Of a stretch of DNA of 13,463 nucleotides, positions 1 to 8,204 are shown piece by piece. Positions within the stretch are counted from its first letter, which is position 1; every line of letters begins with the position of its first letter. The notes under the pieces were generated by a model. It was given only the letters and a program-made list of their open reading frames with translations. It did no database searches and had not been told where the DNA came from. The stretch covers positions 1 to 13,463 of the forward strand of contig JANMKN010000033.1 of assembly GCA_031372065.1 (NCBI GenBank), given 5' to 3'. The DNA comes from Abditibacteriaceae bacterium. GTDB taxonomy: Bacteria; Armatimonadota; Abditibacteriia; Abditibacteriales; Abditibacteriaceae. Made by a program: the position numbers and the translations under genes.

Positions 1-341
1 GCGCCATTGGAATAACCCAGTGCCCAAACATTCTGGGCATCAAAGCCATATTCGTGAGCCGCCTTGCCGATGAAATCGGCCAATTCTGCGGCGCGCACTT
101 TGATGTCTGCGACATCGAAAATGCCCTCGGCAAAGCGCCGAAAAAAACGCGGCATCCCATTTTCCAAAACTTTGCCGCGTGGACTGAGCAAAGCCGCGCC
201 GGGAGCAACGGCGCGGCCTATTTCGAGTAAATCGTTTTCGTTGCCGCCGGTGCCATGCAAAAGCAAAAGCACCGGCCCATTTTCGATTTCGCCGGGCACA
301 AAACGATGAATGAATTCTATTTCGTTCTCTTGTTCGCTCAT
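1..341 (-). CDS. Alpha/beta hydrolase, phospholipase/carboxylesterase family (MhqD-like); 3' end runs off the window
   Basis: Not in the ORF track. Manual translation from ATG at 341: MSEQENEIEFIHRFVPGEIENGPVLLLLHGTGGNENDLLEIG...LLSPRGKVLENGMPRFFRRFAEGIFD...VWALGYSNG. Has LLLLHGTGG and the GYSNG nucleophile elbow. ATGA overlap (338-341) with the upstream dioxygenase stop. Confidence 0.92.
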   Translation of the reverse strand, partial: MSEQENEIEFIHRFVPGEIENGPVLLLLHGTGGNENDLLEIGRAVAPGAALLSPRGKVLENGMPRFFRRFAEGIFDVADIKVRAAELADFIGKAAHEYGFDAQNVWALGYSNG

Positions 342-1306
342 GGCAAAGTTTCGCCTCCCGGCAATTGCAATGTCGGCAAAATTCCTTCAATTTGCGCGCG
401 TGAATTCTCCAACCACGGCGGCAACTTCAAATGCGTGCCGAGTTGCTCTGCGCTTTCATCCAATGTGAAACCCGGCTCATCGGTAGCAATTTCAAACAGC
501 ACGCCACCCGGCTCGCGGAAGTAAATCGAACGAAAATAGCAACGCTCCATGACAGGACTAATGTTAGCACCGACGTTAGTAATCTTTTCGTGCCACGCCA
601 GGTGTGCCTCATCATCCGCCACGCGCCAAGCGACGTGATGCACAAATCCCGGCCCCGTTCCGCCACGCATAGCGTTTGATGCCAACACATCCACAAAAGT
701 CCCGCGCTCGCTGCCATCGCCAATCAGAAAACGTGTGCGCCGATCTTCCTGTGCGACTTGCCGCCAGTTCATAACTTCACCCAAAAAGCGCTGACTGAAG
801 GCCGCTTCACTTTCGGTCAGCGTCACGCCATAAAAACCGCGCAAGGCAAACGAACTTTCAATGCCCGCGCCGTCCCAAAAAGGCCGCGCTTCGACGCCCG
901 CTTGCTCAATGATTTCGATGGCAAGTCCATCGGGGTCTTCAAACGACAGCAAGGCAGCACCGAATCGTTCACCGGCTTCGCTTTCCACGCCTGCAACGCT
1001 TAAACGCTCGCGCCAGAATTCAAGAGCGCCAAGTGGCGCGGCATAGGCAGTGGCCGTTACCAACCGCGTGCCACGCCGCCGTTCGCGGGGCAATTGTGAC
1101 GCGCCCGGCCATGCGAAAAAAGTCATAGCTGTGCCGGGCCGCCCCAGATCGTCACCATAATACAAATGATAAGAACCGGGATCATCAAAGTTAATCGTGA
1201 CTTTCACCAAGCGTTGGCCCAGCAACCCCGCATAGAATTGAACGTTCCTTTGCGCGTCGCTCGTTATGGCCGTTACATGATGAATGCCTAAAATCTCGTG
1301 TGTCAT
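338..1306 (-). CDS. Ring-cleaving dioxygenase, VOC/glyoxalase family (MhqO/MhqA/MhqE-like)
   Basis: N-terminal GIHHVTAI, LVKVTINFDDPGSYHLYYGD, VHHVAWRV and YFRSIYFREPGGVLFEIATDEPGF...LKLPPWLE are characteristic of this family. GAGG upstream of the ATG. Confidence 0.93.
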   Translation of the reverse strand: MTHEILGIHHVTAITSDAQRNVQFYAGLLGQRLVKVTINFDDPGSYHLYYGDDLGRPGTAMTFFAWPGASQLPRERRRGTRLVTATAYAAPLGALEFWRERLSVAGVESEAGERFGAALLSFEDPDGLAIEIIEQAGVEARPFWDGAGIESSFALRGFYGVTLTESEAAFSQRFLGEVMNWRQVAQEDRRTRFLIGDGSERGTFVDVLASNAMRGGTGPGFVHHVAWRVADDEAHLAWHEKITNVGANISPVMERCYFRSIYFREPGGVLFEIATDEPGFTLDESAEQLGTHLKLPPWLENSRAQIEGILPTLQLPGGETLP

Positions 1307-1339
1307 TTCGCACCTCGTTGCGCTGCGTGTCTGTTTGCT

Positions 1340-1669
1340 TTACGACTCCAATGCGCTGTCTAAGAGTGTTGCCAGTTTTGCTTCGGGTTGAAATCCCACA
1401 GCCTGATTAACCACTTGGCCGTCCTTGAAGACCAGCAAATTCGGAATGCCCTGCACGCCATAACGCGCCGACACGCCGGGGTTTTCATCCACGTCCACCT
1501 TCACAACTTTGGCGCGGCCCGCATAGCGCTCTGCCAAGCCGTCCAAAACAGGGGATAGCGCCTTGCACGGCGGGCACCAAGCCGCCGTAAAATCTACCAA
1601 AACCACGCCTGATGCGCCTTCAACTTGGCTCGCAAATTGCGATTCATTAACGTGTTGCACGTTCGACAT
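1340..1669 (-). CDS. trxA: Thioredoxin (WCPPC active site), 109 aa
   Basis: VLVDFTAAWCPPCKALSP, VVKVDVDENP, YGVQGIPNLLVFKDG. Start moved to ATG 1669 (MSNVQHV), which is preceded by AAAGGAGAAAACA (strong SD). Confidence 0.93.
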   Translation of the reverse strand: MSNVQHVNESQFASQVEGASGVVLVDFTAAWCPPCKALSPVLDGLAERYAGRAKVVKVDVDENPGVSARYGVQGIPNLLVFKDGQVVNQAVGFQPEAKLATLLDSALES

Positions 1670-1686
1670 TGTTTTCTCCTTTGATA

Positions 1687-1706
1687 CTTCGAAAACCGTG
1701 GAACAA
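1687..1706. promoter_or_regulatory. Putative second (degenerate) operator site next to the trx ribosome-binding site
   Basis: CTTCGAAAACCGTGGAACAA matches the reverse complement of 1747-1766 (CTTCGAAAATTTTCGAACAA) at 16/20 positions. Confidence 0.55.
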
Positions 1707-1746
1707 AGAGCCAAAATGCTGAAGGCGGTTCCCAACTCTTTTTTGC

Positions 1747-1775
1747 TTGTTCGAAAATTTTCGAAGCATTATACT
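1747..1775 (+). promoter_or_regulatory. Putative sigma70-type promoter for the regulator (possibly leaderless); an overlapping TATAAT on the minus strand (1768-1773) may drive trx
   Basis: TTGTTC (1747-1752), 17-bp spacer, TATACT (1770-1775). The ATG at 1784 follows 8 nt later with no SD. Confidence 0.5.
1750..1765. promoter_or_regulatory. Putative ArsR/RexT operator, perfect 16-bp palindrome TTCGAAAATTTTCGAA
   Basis: Perfect palindrome in the 114-bp divergent intergenic region, overlapping predicted promoters on both strands. Confidence 0.7.
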
Positions 1776-1783
1776 ATTAACCT

Positions 1784-2092
1784 ATGAGAAACCTTCATCA
1801 TCCCACCTTGAAAAACGTGCCGCTCTCGGTGATTTTGCACGCCCTGAGCGATCCGGTGCGGCTGCAAATAGTGCGCGTGCTGGACAAACACGGCGAAAGT
1901 TGTTGCGGCGGTTTGGAATTGGGACTCGCCAAGCCAACGCAATCCCATCACTTCAAAGTTCTGCGCGAAGCCGGCATTATAGCAGTGCGCGTCGAAGGCA
2001 CGCAGCGCTGCTTATCGTTGCGCAAAGCCGACCTCGACAAGCGATTTCCCGGCTTGATGGACGCCATCCTCAAAGCCAAAAGTCCGCTGTAA
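1784..2092 (+). CDS. ArsR/SmtB family transcriptional regulator, RexT-like redox sensor
   Basis: ALSDPVRLQIV, KPTQSHHFKVLREAGII and RFPGLMDAIL motifs. Vicinal Cys40-Cys41 (GESCC). Divergent from thioredoxin, as with cyanobacterial RexT/trxA2 (recalled). Confidence 0.9.
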   Translation: MRNLHHPTLKNVPLSVILHALSDPVRLQIVRVLDKHGESCCGGLELGLAKPTQSHHFKVLREAGIIAVRVEGTQRCLSLRKADLDKRFPGLMDAILKAKSPL

Positions 2093-2105
2093 ACCTTGTT
2101 AGTCT

Positions 2106-3044
2106 TTACTTCATTTCAAACACCAAATCGTTTTTCGAGTCGGCATCGGGTTGTCCGTTTTGAAGATCTTCTGTTGCTAAAACCGTCAGCCAATGCCCTC
2201 CGGCGGACTTGTTCGAGTGAAAACTTTCTTCGGTAATCAACAAGCGGCAATTGTATTGGCCGCGCGGCAATTTTACTTGTGCCGGGCGCTTGGCTTCGTG
2301 TTCATACCACAATTTAATAGAGCGAGGCACTTGTGGGCCGCCATAGCCAAGATACGGTGCTTGCGTGCTACCTGAGACAAAAGACCCGGCTTCGTATTTT
2401 TTTAAAGTCGTCATTTGCTTGTCCTGCCATGTAATATGCAGCGGTTTTTCGATAGTGAAATCATGGCTGGCATTTCCCATTTCATCGGTCACGAAATCTC
2501 CAGCGAACAAATAACCAACTATGCTATGCTTGCGCGACGTTTCGGCTTTGACATAAAGCGATTTGTAATAATCGTTCCATCCGCTCTGCTGCACTGTGTC
2601 ATCCCACCAGCGGCCTTGAAAACCCAAATTCGCGTTGGAATTATCATCACCAAACGGTCCCCAACCGCGCTGACCATAGCGCGGCTTGCCGCATAATTTG
2701 ATTTGATAGGCAAAATTGGGTTTCAACGCGCGTGCTTCGATGTGGCCCCGAAAAATGCCATCCGCTTGCTGCTGTTCATAAGTCAGCACAACTTGCGCCG
2801 CTTGATAACTGAACTCCTGCGGCGTGCCGATTTTATTGATGAAATCGTGAAAGCGCCGGTCATCAATATCCAACCAGCGAGGCGCGGCCTTTTTCCACGG
2901 GTCGAGAAATGGAATCAAGGTGAGGCTACACATATCGCGCGGTTTTTCGCTTTGGGCCGACGCAAAAAAAACTGCCGCGCTCATACTGCAAACCAGAGCG
3001 CAGGCAATAAAAAAGCGATTTATATGACTTACGGCACGCGCCAT
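2106..3044 (-). CDS. Hypothetical exported protein, 312 aa
   Basis: Long ORF with signal-peptide-like N-terminus (RFFIACALVCSMSAAVFFASAQ) and globular Trp/Tyr/Gly-rich composition. Overlaps the WD40 gene end by 16 nt, suggesting an operon. Start uncertain. Confidence 0.75.
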   Translation of the reverse strand: MARAVSHINRFFIACALVCSMSAAVFFASAQSEKPRDMCSLTLIPFLDPWKKAAPRWLDIDDRRFHDFINKIGTPQEFSYQAAQVVLTYEQQQADGIFRGHIEARALKPNFAYQIKLCGKPRYGQRGWGPFGDDNSNANLGFQGRWWDDTVQQSGWNDYYKSLYVKAETSRKHSIVGYLFAGDFVTDEMGNASHDFTIEKPLHITWQDKQMTTLKKYEAGSFVSGSTQAPYLGYGGPQVPRSIKLWYEHEAKRPAQVKLPRGQYNCRLLITEESFHSNKSAGGHWLTVLATEDLQNGQPDADSKNDLVFEMK

Positions 3045-4240
3045 AACTGAAGAGATTTATCCTCACCCGCAACAGCCAAAACGCGACCATCGGGCGAGAA
3101 AGCCACGCCGTTTTGCGCGGACGTTTGCAGGATTTTCAAGATTTTGCCGGTGCGCACTTCCCACACCCACACCGCCGCGTGCTTACCAGTGCGCGCGCCA
3201 CCGCCAGCCACTACACGAAAATCAGAAGTGAATGCCATCGAACCAATTGCCACGCCCGAAGCATAGCCCGGCACGGTGTTACGCACAAATTTTCCGCTTT
3301 GTGCATCCCACAATTTCACCGCAGGGCGACGGAAATCGGCGCCGGAGGCCAAGATTCGTCCATCGGCCAACAATTGCGCCGTCTCCGGCGCGATACCATC
3401 AAGGGTCATTTCTTGCTTGAGATCGCCTTTGCCCGCGATGTCCCAAAATTTCAGTTCGCCGTTTTTGCGGCCATTGCTTTGCGCGCCGACGCTGATGAGC
3501 GTATTCAAATCTTTGGTAAACGCCACCGAGCGCACCGGATAAACGTGTTGCGTCAAGGTGCCCAAAAGCTGACCATTGGCGGTGTTCCACAGTTTGATAT
3601 TCTTGTCCAAACTTCCTGTCGCAAAGGCGCGGCTATCGGGCGTGAAAACAATCGAAGTCACTAAATTCTGATGACCGGCGAAGGTGCGAATCCATTGACC
3701 GTTATCCATGTTCCACAACTTCACAGTGCTATCGGCGCCTGCCGTGGCAAGCAGTTTTCCATCGGGAGAAAAAGCCAACAAGCGCACCCATTTTTGCGCA
3801 GACGGCAATGCGGGTCGCTTTTGTCCCAGCAAATCATCTTCGGGTTTGGGCTTCGGCACATCGGGCGCTAATTGCGGCTCGGTGACGATAGTGAGCAGCA
3901 ATTCACCGGCGTCATTCCACAAGTAGACTTTGCCATCGCCACCACCCGCAAAAATTTTTCCATCGGGAGAAATGGCTACCGATTTAATTGGGTCTTCGGC
4001 AGGAATGCGGCGCCATTCGGCCAGTGACGAATAATCCCACGCGGGCGCGGCATTTTCAGTGGCCGGAGGTGTTGGCAAAGCAGCCGCATTTTCCGGGGGC
4101 GGCAAAGCGGGCGTAGCGGAAGGTGGAACTTCGGTTTTTGCCGTTGCGCCATCAGTCGGTGGGGCGGCAAAAGCGGACGGAGCCACAGTGATTGGCAAAA
4201 GGGGCAGCAAAAACAGCAACGCGAAGGGGCGCGATTTCAT
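3029..4240 (-). CDS. Secreted WD40-repeat (beta-propeller) protein with Pro/Ala-rich linker
   Basis: Signal peptide MKSRPFALLFLL...AFA. Repeated FSPDG...LATAGADSTVKLWN / GHQNLVTSIVFTPDS...SLDKNIKLWN units. AAGGAG SD upstream. Confidence 0.92.
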   Translation of the reverse strand: MKSRPFALLFLLPLLPITVAPSAFAAPPTDGATAKTEVPPSATPALPPPENAAALPTPPATENAAPAWDYSSLAEWRRIPAEDPIKSVAISPDGKIFAGGGDGKVYLWNDAGELLLTIVTEPQLAPDVPKPKPEDDLLGQKRPALPSAQKWVRLLAFSPDGKLLATAGADSTVKLWNMDNGQWIRTFAGHQNLVTSIVFTPDSRAFATGSLDKNIKLWNTANGQLLGTLTQHVYPVRSVAFTKDLNTLISVGAQSNGRKNGELKFWDIAGKGDLKQEMTLDGIAPETAQLLADGRILASGADFRRPAVKLWDAQSGKFVRNTVPGYASGVAIGSMAFTSDFRVVAGGGARTGKHAAVWVWEVRTGKILKILQTSAQNGVAFSPDGRVLAVAGEDKSLQLWRVP

Positions 4241-4472
4241 TAGTGTGATGTCTCCTTGAGTGAGTGCGATGAGTGGTGTTGTGATGTGTGCATTGAGCGC
4301 GACGCTGCGACCGACGTTTATCGGCCAGTATAACGATAAGACCAGTCCCCTGCCCGCGTGTGTTGCGAAATTCGCTTCTTAGCGAAGACGCACCGCGATG
4401 TGCCTTGTATGCAGTTGCACGCGTCTACGCGCTGAGGGAACTTTTCTGCATATAGCACCCATCCCGCTGCCT

Positions 4473-4518
4473 AAAACCGAACCGGCGCCCTTCGGATGAA
4501 GGACGCCGGTTCGGTTTT
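4473..4518 (-). terminator. Intrinsic terminator-like hairpin downstream of the Calx-beta gene
   Basis: AAAACCGAACCGGCGCCCTTC-GGAT-GAAGGACGCCGGTTCGGTTTT is a 21-bp stem. Its single mismatch becomes a G:U pair on the minus strand. Lies 18 nt past the stop at 4537. Confidence 0.8.
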
Positions 4519-4536
4519 CACGGGTGCTTCCAACAA

Positions 4537-6690
4537 TTAACCAGAAGCGTCATCGTTGAGAATTGTGCCAGTGCCGCGTGCTTTGGCTATAGTGGCATTG
4601 GTCGCGCCCGACAGCAGCACATAAAATAGTTCGTCCTGCTCAACCTGCGTATCACCGTTGATGCTCACACTGAAGGTATTGTTAATTTGGCCGGGGCCGA
4701 AAGTCAGCGTGCCGCTTTTGGCAACGTAGTCGCTGCCGGATTGCGCGGTGCCGTTGGCGGTGGCGTAATTCACCGTAATCGTCTGTCCGCTGATGGCCGA
4801 TAAGCTGACAATAAAGACTATGTTGCGCGCTCCGCTATTGCCTTCGGTGGCGTTCACATCGGTGATGAGCAAGGCCGGAGCGCGGTCATCGTTGAGAATG
4901 GTGCCGATGGCTTGATTATCCACAATCGAAGCATTGACCGCGCCACTAAGATTGACCTTGAAGGTTTCGTCGGCTTCATCAAGCGTGTCGCCGTTGATGA
5001 GAACGCGCGCTAAGGCGACGGTTTGGCCGGTGGCGAAAGCGATTTGTGTAGTAGGAACGGCATCATAATCGTCGCTCGATTTTGCGGTGCCGCTGGTGTC
5101 GGTGTTGTAGCTGACTTTGACTAACTTGCCGCTGGGCGATGACAAATGCAAACGCAAAACAGCGGTGCGCTGTCCGCTATTACCTTCGCCCATGCTTAGG
5201 TCTTCGATGGTAATAGAAGGCGCGGAGTCATCATCGTTAATGGTGCCGACGCCGCGCCCTCGTGTGATGACGGAGTTGACCGGCGAAGACAATAAAACGT
5301 AAAAATTTTCCGCGTCTTCGTTTAGCGTATCGCCAACCACTGGCACGCTAAATGTCTTGCTGTTTTCTCCGGGCGCAAAAGTAAGAGTTTTGCCGCCGCT
5401 GGTGTAATCGAATGGTGCCCGCGCAGTGCCATTGGCGGGAATGGCACTCACCGTCACGGATTGTCCGCTGATAGCCGACAAAGTGAGGGTAAAAGTTGCG
5501 TCCGCAGTGCCGGGTGCCCCGTTAGAGGGCGGGTTTCCCTCAACGACAGAAACATCGTTGATGGAAATTAAAGGCGCGTTATCATCGTCAAGAATTGTGC
5601 CGATGCCTTGTGCCGACGCACTTAACGTGGCATTAGTCGCTTGACCCAGATTAACGAAGAACGTCTCGTTACTTTCATCCAAAGCATCGCCCTGAATTGG
5701 GATGGTAATGAGGCCAGAGGCTTGATTTGCAGGAATCGTCAAGGTGCCGGAGGCAGCGGTGTAATCGGCGGGTTGTTTGGCGGTGCCATCGGCGGTGGCA
5801 TATTTCACGGTGATAACTTTCCCGCTGACGATGCTCGGCGTGACGGCGAAAGAGAGATTTTTCTGGCCGCTATTGCCTTCGCTTATGGAAACGTTATTGA
5901 TGGATAGCGTTGGCGCGACATCATCGTCGGTAATCGTGCCGATGCCCTGCGACTTGTTAATGAAGGCGTTAACAGGCGCGGACAAATTGACGAAAAAGGT
6001 TTCAGTGGCTTCGTCCGACGCATCGCCCACAATGGGAACCGTGATACTCTGCGCGGTTTCGCCCGGTGCGAAAGTAAGAGTGCCGCTGGCCGAGGTGTAA
6101 TCCGCAGGCTGCGTGGCTGTGCCGTCCGCTGTCGCATAATTCACCGTGATGCTGGCCGGACTGGTGCCGGAAAGCGTTACGTTAAACGTGGCGTTGGTGG
6201 TGCCGTTGCCTTCCACTAAGTTCACGTTGCCAATGGAAATCAACGGGGCGTCATCGTCCACAATCGTGCCGGTGGCCGATGACCCGATGAAACCAAAAGT
6301 CGAAGGCGTTAATTTCAGTGTGAAAGTCTCGTTTCCTTCGGTCGTGGTATCGCCCTTGATGGGCACGCTAACAGTTGCGTGGGTGCCGGTCATGAAAGTC
6401 ACGCTGCCAGATGTTGAGGTGTAATCGGTTCCAGCCGTCGCTGTGACATCGTTAGTCGTATAATCCACCGTCACAGAGCGGTCGAAAGTTCCATCAAAGG
6501 AACTGGGCGGATAGCCAGACACGGTGAAGTTGAGGTTGACTGTGCCGCTGTTGCTTTCGGTGACATAAGGATTATTGGCATAAACGCGGCCCAGTCTGCT
6601 AAAAGCCTGAGCGGGCGAAGCCGCACTCAGAAACAGCACGATGGCGCAAATGGTCATCAGGTGCTTTACGACAAATTTCAGTGGTTTCAT
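4537..6690 (-). CDS. Secreted Calx-beta repeat protein (six Calx-beta-like domains), 717 aa
   Basis: Signal peptide ending AQA. Six units of the form [V/I]xEGNSG...V.Y.T.DGTA....DY...SGTLTF.PG......V.I.GD...E..ETF.V.L......G.GTI.DDD. GAGGAG SD. Confidence 0.92.
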   Translation of the reverse strand: MKPLKFVVKHLMTICAIVLFLSAASPAQAFSRLGRVYANNPYVTESNSGTVNLNFTVSGYPPSSFDGTFDRSVTVDYTTNDVTATAGTDYTSTSGSVTFMTGTHATVSVPIKGDTTTEGNETFTLKLTPSTFGFIGSSATGTIVDDDAPLISIGNVNLVEGNGTTNATFNVTLSGTSPASITVNYATADGTATQPADYTSASGTLTFAPGETAQSITVPIVGDASDEATETFFVNLSAPVNAFINKSQGIGTITDDDVAPTLSINNVSISEGNSGQKNLSFAVTPSIVSGKVITVKYATADGTAKQPADYTAASGTLTIPANQASGLITIPIQGDALDESNETFFVNLGQATNATLSASAQGIGTILDDDNAPLISINDVSVVEGNPPSNGAPGTADATFTLTLSAISGQSVTVSAIPANGTARAPFDYTSGGKTLTFAPGENSKTFSVPVVGDTLNEDAENFYVLLSSPVNSVITRGRGVGTINDDDSAPSITIEDLSMGEGNSGQRTAVLRLHLSSPSGKLVKVSYNTDTSGTAKSSDDYDAVPTTQIAFATGQTVALARVLINGDTLDEADETFKVNLSGAVNASIVDNQAIGTILNDDRAPALLITDVNATEGNSGARNIVFIVSLSAISGQTITVNYATANGTAQSGSDYVAKSGTLTFGPGQINNTFSVSINGDTQVEQDELFYVLLSGATNATIAKARGTGTILNDDASG

Positions 6691-6719
6691 AATTCTCCTC
6701 TGCCCCTATTTTTGTCCTT

Positions 6720-6751
6720 ATCGTAGCAGAATTCATGAGCGAAAGTGTCAA
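6720..6751 (-). promoter_or_regulatory. Possible promoter for the Calx-beta gene (extended -10 TGcTACGAT; TTGACA further upstream)
   Basis: Minus strand reads TTGACA...TGCTACGAT. The -35/-10 spacing is 20 bp (too long), so only the extended -10 is plausible. Confidence 0.3.
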
Positions 6752-6795
6752 GAAAGAAAAACAGTTTGCTGTCGCATTTGTGACAGCAAACTGTT
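6751..6795 (-). terminator. Intrinsic terminator of the serine hydrolase gene
   Basis: Minus strand: AACAGTTTGCTGTC-ACAAATGC-GACAGCAAACTGTT (14-bp perfect stem) followed by TTTCTTTCT, about 10 nt after the stop at 6805. Confidence 0.8.
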
Positions 6796-6804
6796 GCCTG
6801 AGAT

Positions 6805-8091
6805 TTACCGCAAACGGAACAGGCTTTTGCGAGAGTTTTTGCCGTATTTGCTGTTGCTGGGGGTGGCACCGTTAAAGGCTTCGTCCCAGATAAAATTCGG
6901 CAGATCCAACAAGCGTGTGGCGACATCGGTGACGGCTTTGTAGCTGAACCACTGATCGCTTTCGCCGTTGACTCCGGGGCCGATGTTGGTCACCGCATAC
7001 GAAGCCAAATTGCGCGTCGGCTGAATGATAAGTTGCGAGAAGAATGTGCCATCCGAACCGTCATGCATGATGGTGCGCACACCCTTATAGGTGCGCTCAG
7101 CCCAGCCGAAGGAGTAACCGATGCGAAAATCAGGTAACGAGGGAATGGGCACCGGAATCGGCGTGTGCAATTTGGTCATAGTCGCGGCGCTGACGATGGT
7201 TTTTTGTCCAAGTAGGCCGCGCAGGTGCATTTGCGCATAGCGGGCGAACTCCGGCGTGCTGATGCATTCGTCGCCCGTCGGTTCAAAGAGGTGATCTAAC
7301 CCATCGAGCGTGAAGCCTTGTGCAAACGGTGCTGTTGCGATTTCAACGTGGCCGCGCGGTTGGTTGGGGCCATTATCCCGTGGACTACCCTGATAAACCC
7401 GACTTCCCAATGGCGCAAAGACTTCGCGTTGGAGCAGCGTAAAGTAATCCGTGTTGGTGGCGCGCTCCATCATGGCACCCGCGATGATAAATCCGGCATT
7501 AGAATAAAGGAAATCGCCGAGCGCGCCACTGGGCGCGAGTTTCAGCACATTGCGTGCGTATTTGACGCGTTGCTCGCGCAGCGTGCCAGAATAAGGGTAG
7601 CCGCCGATAATCGCTCTATCGTCGTCTGATTGATGCGGTATCAGCCCCGCGCGATGGTTGAGCAGTTGCTCTAAAGTGACAGTTCGATACTGCGCATTCA
7701 TGATGGAAGCAAATTCGGGAAAAAGCTCCACAATGGTGGTGTCGTAGCGAATCCTGCCTTTCTCCACTAATCGCCCCGCCAGCGTGCCTGTGACGGATTT
7801 CTGGATTGAGCCAATCGTGAACAAATCTCTATCCGTTACCTTGTCGTTCTTGCCGATTTCGCGGATGCCAAGCGTTGCGGTTTTTATAGTGCCGCTATTA
7901 ATCAGCGCGCCTGACAAAGCAGGCACTTTACTGGCCTTCAAAATTTCATCCACGATGGCGTGCACATCGGTTCCGGCAGGCAAAGCCGGGCCTCCGCTGC
8001 CGCCATTGCAGCCCGCTAAATTTAACAGGCCAAGGGCCGCTGGCGCAGCGGCTAATTTCAAAAAATCGCGTCGTTTCAGTTCGTAAGTCAT
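6805..8091 (-). CDS. Serine hydrolase, beta-lactamase class C / PBP-like family; predicted Tat-exported lipoprotein
   Basis: KRRDFLK twin-arginine motif, LAGC lipobox, FTIGSIQKS (SxxK), LLNHRAGL, FLYSNAG (YxN), HDGSDG. GAAAGGA SD. Confidence 0.9.
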   Translation of the reverse strand: MTYELKRRDFLKLAAAPAALGLLNLAGCNGGSGGPALPAGTDVHAIVDEILKASKVPALSGALINSGTIKTATLGIREIGKNDKVTDRDLFTIGSIQKSVTGTLAGRLVEKGRIRYDTTIVELFPEFASIMNAQYRTVTLEQLLNHRAGLIPHQSDDDRAIIGGYPYSGTLREQRVKYARNVLKLAPSGALGDFLYSNAGFIIAGAMMERATNTDYFTLLQREVFAPLGSRVYQGSPRDNGPNQPRGHVEIATAPFAQGFTLDGLDHLFEPTGDECISTPEFARYAQMHLRGLLGQKTIVSAATMTKLHTPIPVPIPSLPDFRIGYSFGWAERTYKGVRTIMHDGSDGTFFSQLIIQPTRNLASYAVTNIGPGVNGESDQWFSYKAVTDVATRLLDLPNFIWDEAFNGATPSNSKYGKNSRKSLFRLR

Positions 8092-8180
8092 TGTCGTTTC
8101 CTTTCAAACAAGATTTGCTTTAGCGATGATGCGGCGAACGGTGTGCGAATCTGCATTGTTGACTTTTGCAAGAGGTCTAA

Positions 8181-8204
8181 TGTTGTCTCCTGTGTTGTCT
8201 CCTG
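8181..8204. repeat. Exact 12-bp tandem duplication (TGTTGTCTCCTG)x2, intergenic
   Basis: Read directly at 8181-8192 and 8193-8204. Confidence 0.85.

Noticed and set aside
40..524. Track ORFs 40-390(-), 64-309(+), 255-524(+)
   Set aside because: Shadows of the real esterase (minus strand, start 341) and dioxygenase frames.
1670..1735. N-terminal extension of thioredoxin in the ORF track (start 1735)
   Set aside because: A strong SD precedes ATG 1669, and the extension covers the operator region.
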